A stretch of 64,000 bases of DNA, taken from the NCBI GenBank assembly GCA_963771255.1, contig CAVYSO010000002.1, positions 908,823-972,822 of the forward strand, read 5' to 3'. Made by a program: the position numbers and the translations under genes. Of the stretch, positions 56,836-64,000 are shown in pieces (the first letter of the stretch is position 1; each line of letters starts with the position of its first letter). The notes under the pieces are model-generated. The model was not told the DNA's origin, ran no database searches, and saw only the letters and a program-made list of their open reading frames with translations. The DNA is from an uncultured Solirubrobacteraceae bacterium. GTDB taxonomy: Bacteria > Actinomycetota > Thermoleophilia > Solirubrobacterales > Solirubrobacteraceae.

Positions 56836-57120
56836 CCCTGCTCCAACGGCGCCATCGTCAGCCCGGCGCCCTTGAGCTGCTCCCAGTAGTGCTCGGCCGG
56901 CTCCTGCATGCCGGTGTAGACGATCGCCTGACCGGAGTTGTGGATCACGTTGGCGATCTCGTGACCGCGGGCGACGCGTGATGCCGGGGATAAAGCGCGC
57001 CAGCGTGCGCGCGACGTGCTCGAACGTGTTGTGATCGTCGTTGCGCACGATCACCCGCCACGAGCCGCCAAGGCCACTCCCTGGCCCCCCGACGCGCGGA
57101 AGCTCGATCGTCTCTGCCAC
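56832..57120 (-). CDS. clpS: Clp protease adaptor ClpS, one frameshift near 56975
   Basis: [16 protein letters not shown], then in another frame IH.SGQAIV...E.AE.Y...L...GLT. Confidence 0.85.
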
Positions 57121-57164
57121 GCCCGAGAGGATAAAGGGCGCGCCGCAGCCGTACAATTGAGCAT

Positions 57165-59258
57165 ATGAGCGGCGATCATTCCGCGCGGCTGCCAGAGCGC
57201 GACCGGCCCTGGATGATGCGCACCTACGCCGGGCACTCGACGGCGAAGGCCTCCAACGAGCTGTACCGGCGCAACCTCGCCAAGGGCCAGACCGGCCTGT
57301 CGGTCGCTTTCGACCTGCCGACGCAGACCGGCTATGACCCCGACGACGAGCTCGCGCGCGGCGAGGTCGGCAAGGTCGGCGTGCCGGTCTCCCATCGCGG
57401 CGACATGGCGGCGCTGATGGACGGCATCCCGCTCGAACGAGATGAACACGTCGATGACGATCAACGCGACCGCCGCGTGGCTGCTGGCGCTGTACATCGT
57501 CGCCGCCGAGGAGCAGGGCGTCACCCAGGAGCAGCTGCAGGGCACGACGCAGAACGACATCATCAAGGAGTTCCTCGCGCGCGGCACCTACGCGTTCCCG
57601 CCGGCCGCCTCGATGCGCCTGATCGCCGACATGATCGCCTACACGGTCGAGCACGTGCCGAAGTGGAACCCGATCAACATCTGCTCCTACCACCTGCAGG
57701 AGGCCGGCGCGACGCCGGTGCAGGAGATCGCCTTCGCGATGAGCAACGCGCATCGCCGTGCTCGACGCCGCGCGCGTGCGGGTCGAGGCGGCTCACGCCG
57801 GGGACGCGCAGGCCACGCAGAAGTTGATGGAACAGGTCTTCGGGCGCATCTCCTTCTTCGTCAACGCCGGCGTGCGCTTCGTCGAGGAGCACGCCAAGCT
57901 GCGCGCGATGGGCGTGCTGTGGGAGGAGCTCGGCCGCGAGCGCTACGGCGTGCAGGACGAGCGCCACCTGCGCTTCCGCTACGGCGTGCAGGTCAACTCG
58001 CTCGGGCTGACCGAGGCCCAGCCGGAGAACAACGTGCAGCGGATCGTGCTCGAGGCGCTCGCCGTCACGCTCGGGCGCGACGCACGCGCGCGGGCGATCC
58101 AGCTGCCGGCTTGGAACGAGGCGCTCGGCCTGCCGCGCCCATGGGACCAGCAGTGGTCGCTGCGCATCCAGCAGGTGCTCGCCTACGAGACCGACATCCT
58201 CGAGTACCCCGACATCTTCGAGGGCTCGATCGTGATGGACGGGCTCGTCGCCGAGCTGCTCGAGGGCGCGCGCGCGGAGATGGCCGTCGTCGCCGAGCAC
58301 GGCGGCGCCGTCGAGGCCGTCGCCTACATGAAGGCGCGCGCTCGTCGACTCCCACCGCGAGCGGATCCGCCGGATCGAGGCCGGCGAGCAGGTCGTCGTC
58401 GGGCAGAACCGCTACGCCGAGACCGAGGAGTCACCGCTGACGGCCGACGCCGAGGGCGGCATCCTCGTCGTCGACCCGGCCGTCGAAGCGCAGCAGATCG
58501 AGGAGGTCCGCGCCTGGCGCGCCGCGCGCGACCAGGCCGCCGTCGACGCGGCGCTGGCCGAGCTCGCCGAGGCCGCCGCGGCACCGGAGCAGAGCACCAA
58601 CCTGATGACTGCGACGATCGCCGCCGCACGCGCCGGCGCGACGACCGGCGAGTGGTCGCGCACGCTGCGCGACGTGTTCGGCAGCTACCGCGCGCCGACC
58701 GGCGTCGGCGAGGCCGCCGCGGCGCCTGCCGACGGCGATCTTGGCGAGCTGCGCGAAGAGGTCGCGCGCCTGCAGGAGAAGCTCGGCCGGCGGCCGAAGA
58801 TCCTCGTCGGCAAGCCCGGCCTGGACGGGCACTCAAACGGCGCCGAGCAGATCGCCGTGCGTGCGCGCGACTCGGGCATGGACGTCGTCTACGAGGGCAT
58901 CCGCCTGACCCCCGCGCAGATCGCCGCCTCGGCGCTGCAGGAGGGCGTCCACGTGATCGGCCTCTCGATCCTCTCCGGCTCGCACCGCGAGCTGATCCCG
59001 GCCGTGATCGACGCGCTGCACGAGGCCGGCGTGACCGCGCCCGTGGTCGTCGGCGGGATCATCCCCGAGCAGGACGTCGAGGGACTGCGCCAGGCCGGCG
59101 TCGCGGCGGTGTACACGCCGAAGGACTTCGACATCACGCGCATCATGCGCGACATCGTCGAGCTCGTAGGCGCCGAGGGCGCGAGTGGCGACGGCGCCGT
59201 AGCGGCCGCCCCGGTGGCGGTGGCCGGCAACGGCTCCTCCGCCAACGGCGCGGCGTGA
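57165..59258 (+). CDS. meaA: B12-dependent ethylmalonyl-CoA mutase (MeaA), frameshifted
   Basis: [48 protein letters not shown] and [14 protein letters not shown] motifs. Confidence 0.92.
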
Positions 59259-60235
59259 GCGGGGCATCGCGCCCGCAAGACGCGCTCGGCGCCGCGCTCG
59301 GCGCACGGCTGCGCGAACGCGACCTGAGCGCCGCCCCGGCGACGCTGAACCTGCTCGAGAGCACCGCCGCCGGCGATCGCGAGCAGGCCGCGGCGCTGCT
59401 GCGTGAGGTCTCCCCCGCCGCGCTCGGAGGCGAGGCGCCGGGCCACGTGGTCGGGATCACCGGGCCGCCGGGCGCCGGCAAGTCGACGCTGCTCTCGGCG
59501 CTGTTGCAAGCTTGGCGCTCAGAGGGCCGTGCAGTCGCGATGCTCGCCGTCGACCCCAGCTCGCGACGTTCGGGCGGATCGCTGCTCGGCGACCGCGCGC
59601 GCATCGAGTTCGACCCGAAGGACCGCGGACGTGTTCATCCGCTCGACCTCCGCCGGCGAGCGGCTCGGCGGCCTCGCATGGGCCACGCGCGCCGCCGCCC
59701 ACGCGCTAGCGGCAGCGTTCGACGTGGTCGTGATCGAGACCGTCGGCGTCGGCCAGGCCGAGACGGAGGTCGCCGACGTCGCCGACACGGTCGCCGTTGT
59801 CGTGCAGCCGGGCAGCGGCGACGTGCTGCAGTTCCTGAAGTCCGGGATCATGGAGATCCCCGACGTGCTCGTCGTGACCAAGGCCGATCTCGGGCAGATC
59901 GCGCTGCGCACGCGGCGCGACGTCAGCGCCGCACTGCGCTCGCTCGGTTCGAGCGAGACGCCGCGTCGTGGCCGTCTCCTCGCTCTCGCCGCCGCAGGGG
60001 ATCGAGGAGCTGATCGAGGCGCTGCGACGAGCATCGTGCGAACGTCGACGTGCGCGAGCGCAGGCTGCGGGCTCGGCGAGCCAATGCGCTGGCCGACTTC
60101 GCGCACGAGCACGGCGAGCGCGGGTTGCGCGCGCTCGGCGGCCGCTATGCAGCCGAGCGGCTGCTCGCCGCACAGGATCCAGAGCTCGACACCGCCGCGC
60201 TGGTGGCCGCGCTCAAGCAAGGCGCCCGGCGATGA
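59255..60235 (+). CDS. meaB: MeaB/ArgK GTPase chaperone, frameshifted
   Basis: GITGPPGAGKST, AVDPSS..SGG.LLGDR.R, IETVGVGQ.E and K.GIMEI.D motifs. Confidence 0.9.
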
Positions 60236-60327
60236 GCAGGCGCTCCGCGCGGGAGGACCCCCCGGCACGGGCGGCTGATCAGTCGCGACCGGCGCGGAAG
60301 GCCGCCCGAGGGCGCTCGCACGCGGCC

Positions 60328-60471
60328 GTGGACCTGCTGCTGATCTTCGGCGCGTTCGTGCTCGCGAGCGCGCTCGCCGGCGCGCTCGGCGCGGCGAACC
60401 TCGGCACGGCGCTGTCGTTCGGTCAGATCGGACTGGCGCTGATGGTCGTCTACGTGCTGCTCAGGCGCTGA
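60328..60471 (+). CDS. Small two-TM membrane protein
   Basis: VDLLLIFGAFVLASALAGALGAANLGTALSFGQI... Confidence 0.65.
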   Translation: MDLLLIFGAFVLASALAGALGAANLGTALSFGQIGLALMVVYVLLRR

Positions 60472-60478
60472 CGCGGTC

Positions 60479-61150
60479 TTACTGTTCGTGCAGCGTGGCG
60501 ACGTGGATCGCGGTCAGCTCGGGGTTTTTGAGCGAGCCTTCTTCGACCGGGTCTTCTTCTTCCGAGCAGACCAGGGAGACTTTGCCTGCGCTGTCCAAGT
60601 GGACAGGCGCTCCGAGAACCACCGTGACAGAGCTACCGGCTTCGACGTCAACTGCCTCTGAGTCGACGATTTCGGCGGAGTCCTTGAGTTCGCAGAAAAG
60701 TTCTCTGGTTTCGGCTTTCTGCCCGTTGCGCCACCTGGCCTTGGCGAAGAGCACGTAGTCGCCCGCCGGCAGGGAGATCGGCGAGCCGTGAGATTTGCTC
60801 GTGTAGGCGTCGCTCGGTCCGGTTGGTCCGACCGAGCCGACGATGCTCTGCCCGCTCGGGCCGGCGCTGCCCGTCTCGCCCGTAGCGCCACGAGCGCCCG
60901 TCGCCCCCACCGCACCCGTGCCACCGGCACGACCGGCGACGTTCCACGCCACGGCGGTTTGGCCCTTGGGGCACCGGCGCCCCGGCTTCAGCACCTTCAA
61001 TGCGCCGCTGGCGCCAACGCAGCCCGCGAGCTGGCCGTTCCTCGCCACGAACCCGCCCACGGCCGCGTAGCTCGTGCCACCGAGGGCTACGAACAGCGCG
61101 AGCAGGGCAAGCGCGTGGCCGCGCAGGTGGGTTGCAATCTTGGCCGGCAT
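60479..61150 (-). CDS. Secreted collagen-like protein
   Basis: ALLALFVALGGTSYA leader, cysteine pair, Gly-X-Y run and acidic C-terminal beta domain. Confidence 0.8.
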   Translation of the reverse strand: MPAKIATHLRGHALALLALFVALGGTSYAAVGGFVARNGQLAGCVGASGALKVLKPGRRCPKGQTAVAWNVAGRAGGTGAVGATGARGATGETGSAGPSGQSIVGSVGPTGPSDAYTSKSHGSPISLPAGDYVLFAKARWRNGQKAETRELFCELKDSAEIVDSEAVDVEAGSSVTVVLGAPVHLDSAGKVSLVCSEEEDPVEEGSLKNPELTAIHVATLHEQ

Positions 61151-61159
61151 TTCGACCGC

Positions 61160-61185
61160 ATCGGCAACGCCCGCAACGGGCTTGA
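61160..61185 (-). promoter_or_regulatory. Candidate sigma-28-type promoter
   Basis: Minus strand TCAA-N16-GCCGAT ending 9 nt before the ATG. Confidence 0.5.
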
Positions 61186-61224
61186 GTCATGCACCGAGGC
61201 CACGTGCTGACATAAGCTGGGGTG

Positions 61225-62190
61225 ATGGGAACAGGATGCTTCGTCTCGAGTGGCCGCACGCTGGACAGCGCGATCGAGCGCGTCAAGCTCGCCGAGTCGC
61301 TCGGTTACGAGGCGGCCTACGTGACGCACATCGCCGGACGCGAGTCGCTGACGGTCGTCACGGCATACGCGCTCGCCACGAGCAGCATCCGCGTCGGGCC
61401 GGGCGTCGTGCCGATCTACACGCGCACGCCGGCGACGATGGCGCAGACGGCGGCGACGATCGACGAGCTGTCGGGCGGGCGACTGAACCTGGGCATGGGC
61501 GTCTCGCACCGGCCGGTCGTCGAGGGCTGGCACGGACAGACGATCGACAAGCCGGTCGCCGAGATGCGTGAGTACGCCTCGATCGTGCGCGGCATCCTGC
61601 GCGGCGAGAGCTATGAGAGCGGCGAGAAGTGGCAGACGGGCTTCCAGCTGGCCGGGATCGACCCGCGCCCGCAGCTGCCGATCTACATCGCCGCCCTCTC
61701 CCCCGCGATGCTGCGGCTGGCCGGCGAGATCGCCGACGGTGTGCTGCTGTGGCTGTGCTGCCCGCAGTACATCGAGGACGTCGTGATCCCGGAAGTGAGC
61801 AAGGGACGCGAGCGTGCCGGCAAGACGCTCGAGGGCTTCGACGTCGTACCGGCCGTGCCCTGCGCGCTGACCGACGAGCGCGACTCGGCCTTCGCGGCGA
61901 TGCGCATGGAACTGATTCCGTACTTCGGCCTGCCCTTCTACCGCGCGATGATCGAGCGCTCGGGCTTCGGCGCCGATATCGAGCGCTACGACGCGGCCAG
62001 CGGCGATCTGGCGGCGATGCAGGCTGCGATCTCCGACGACTTCCTCGCCCAGCTGACTGCCGTCGGCGCCGAGGCGGACGTGCGCGCCGGAATCGAGCGC
62101 TACCGTCAGGCGGGCGCCACAACGCCGTGCGTCGGCCCGATCTCGAAGACCGACTTCGAGGCCACCCTGCGCGTCGGAATCGGCGCCTGA
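61225..62190 (+). CDS. LLM-class oxidoreductase (possibly F420-dependent)
   Basis: AE.LGY, R.P..MAQ.AAT.D.LS.GR..LG.G and PIYIAAL.P.ML.LAGEIADG motifs. Confidence 0.88.
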   Translation: MGTGCFVSSGRTLDSAIERVKLAESLGYEAAYVTHIAGRESLTVVTAYALATSSIRVGPGVVPIYTRTPATMAQTAATIDELSGGRLNLGMGVSHRPVVEGWHGQTIDKPVAEMREYASIVRGILRGESYESGEKWQTGFQLAGIDPRPQLPIYIAALSPAMLRLAGEIADGVLLWLCCPQYIEDVVIPEVSKGRERAGKTLEGFDVVPAVPCALTDERDSAFAAMRMELIPYFGLPFYRAMIERSGFGADIERYDAASGDLAAMQAAISDDFLAQLTAVGAEADVRAGIERYRQAGATTPCVGPISKTDFEATLRVGIGA

Positions 62191-62221
62191 GTCGCAGCCC
62201 GCCGCGTAGGCTTTTCTCTCG

Positions 62222-64000
62222 ATGCTCGTCCTCCTCGGCTTCGCCGTGCTCGCCGGCGCGGGCACCGCCCTCTCGCCGTGCGTGCTGCCCGTGCTCCCCG
62301 CGCTGCTCTCGGCCGGCGGCGTCGGCGGGCGGCGTCGGCCGCTTGGCATCGTGCTCGGCCTGTCGATCACGTTCACGGTGACGATCGTCGGCGTGGCGCA
62401 GGTCGTCGACGGCGTCGGCCTCGGCTCGGACCCGCTGCGCGACGTGGCGATCGTCGTGCTGCTCGTGTTCGGCGCGGCGCTGCTCGTGCCGAGCGTTGGC
62501 CGACCGGATCGAGGCGCCGCTGTCGCGCCTGGCGCGCTTCGGCCCGCGCTCGCGCGGCGACGGCTTCTGGTCGGGAATGCTCGTCGGCGGCGCGCTCGGC
62601 TTCGTCTACACGCCATGCGCGAGCCCGATCCTCGCGGCCGTCATCTCGGTCAGCGCGGCGAGCGGGAAAACGATCGTGATCGCGCTCGCCTACGCGCTCG
62701 GCTCGGCGCTCGTGCTGCTCGCGCTGACACTCGGCGGCCGACGGCTGTTCGAGCGCATTCGCAGGGCCGGCCGCGGACCGGCGCTGCAGCGAGCGCTCGG
62801 CGCGATCATGATCGTCACGGCGATCGCGATCGCGACGAACCTCGACGTCAACTTCGACCAGTTCGTCGCCCAGCACATCCCCGACGTCAACCTGACGGCG
62901 TCGCTCGAGTGCTCGGAAACGGTCACCAACCACCTGCACGAAATCTCAGGGCACCAGCCCAAGTTCGCCCCGGCCAACGGCTCTTCCGCCTGCGGCGGCT
63001 CGGGCTCAAGCGTGACGGCGGCGCCGGCGAATGCGAGCCAGGCCACGCTGCTCGCCGACGCGCGCGGCCTGCGCAAGCTCGGCCCTGCGCCTGAATTCAT
63101 GCAGACCCAGGACTGGTTCAACACGCCCGGCATGAAGCCGCTCTCGCTGGCATCGCTGCGCGGACATGTGGTGCTGATCGACTTCTGGACGTACACGTGC
63201 ATCAACTGCATCCGCACGCTGCCGTACTTGAAGGCATGGGACGCCAGCTACCGCCACGACGGGCTGACGATCGTCGGCGTCGAGACACCCGAGTTCGCCT
63301 TCGAGCACGACGCGGCCAACGTGTCCAACGCGATCAAGCAGTTCGGCCTGCGCTACCCGGTCGTCCAGGACAACGAGATGGGCACGTGGAATGCCTACGG
63401 CAACGAGTACTGGCCGGCCGACTACTTGATCGACGCGCGCGGGCAGGTCCGCTACGCGGCCTTCGGCGAGGGCGACTACGACAAGACCGAAACGGCGATC
63501 CGTGCGCTGCTGGCCGAATCGGGCAGCCAGCTCGGCGGGCGCAGCGCACCGAAGGACGTCGTCGTGCCGAGCCGGCAGGCCACGCCGGAGACCTATCTCG
63601 GCACCGAGCGCGCCGAAGGCTGGCTGCAGCGCCCGAAGGACGGCGTGCACGACTACGGCGCCGCCACCACCGGCCATCTGGCGCTCAACGAATTCGCCTA
63701 CAGCGGCATCTGGAAGATCGCCGCGCAGCCGGCCGAAGCCGTCACCGACGCCGGCATCGACGTCGAGTTCCAGGCAAAGAACGTCTACCTCGTGCTGAGC
63801 TCGGCCGGCGCGCGCCCGCGGCAGGTGCAGGTGCTGCTCGACGGGAAGCCGATTCCGGCGGCCGATGCCGGCGCAGACGTCCACGGAGGGAGCGTGACCG
63901 TACGCGGACAGCGGCTCTACACGCTCGTGTCAGTCCCTCGCGACGAGCGCCATCTGCTAAGCCTGCGCTTCGCGCCGGGTGTCAGCGGCTTTGCGTTCAC
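62222..64000 (+). CDS. dipZ: DipZ-like protein (CcdA/DsbD TM domain plus redoxin), frameshift near 62500, partial
   Basis: SPCVLP.LP, GFVYTPCA.PIL, LIDFWTYTCINC, PEFAFE and TPETYLG motifs. Confidence 0.9.

Noticed and set aside
57165-60235. meaA and meaB as true pseudogenes or programmed frameshifts
   Set aside because: All motifs are intact, no slippery sites are evident, and the indel pattern matches assembly error.

Overview
GC-rich actinobacterial chromosome segment. Gene content and style suggest Thermoleophilia/Solirubrobacterales (inference). It carries five dispersed tRNAs (His, Arg-UCU, Trp, Leu-UAG, Leu-CAA), a DsbA/VKOR pair, a PAS-GGDEF-EAL gene, a three-gene type IV minor-pilin operon, and acyl-CoA catabolism genes. 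It also has a near-complete F420 biosynthesis set (npdG, cofD, cofC, cofE, cofG-cofH fusion) interrupted by a sulfotransferase/type III PKS pair, a carotenoid oxygenase, a vapBC module, katG, two MFS/regulator pairs, ethylmalonyl-CoA pathway genes (ccr, ecm/meaA, meaB), an LLM enzyme and a partial dipZ. Several conserved genes (katG, clpS, meaA, meaB, dipZ) are frameshifted, most likely by assembly error. The most striking signal is in the PilX-like pilin. Five ~58-aa beta-domain repeats are followed by exactly five short 'LKF' strands, which reads as five domains nested inside one another (matryoshka architecture) forming an out-and-back stalk. Other signals are a 6C-like structured RNA, a shared sigma-28-like promoter in front of two surface-protein loci, and several candidate operator palindromes. 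All protein calls come from motif recognition by eye; no searches were run.
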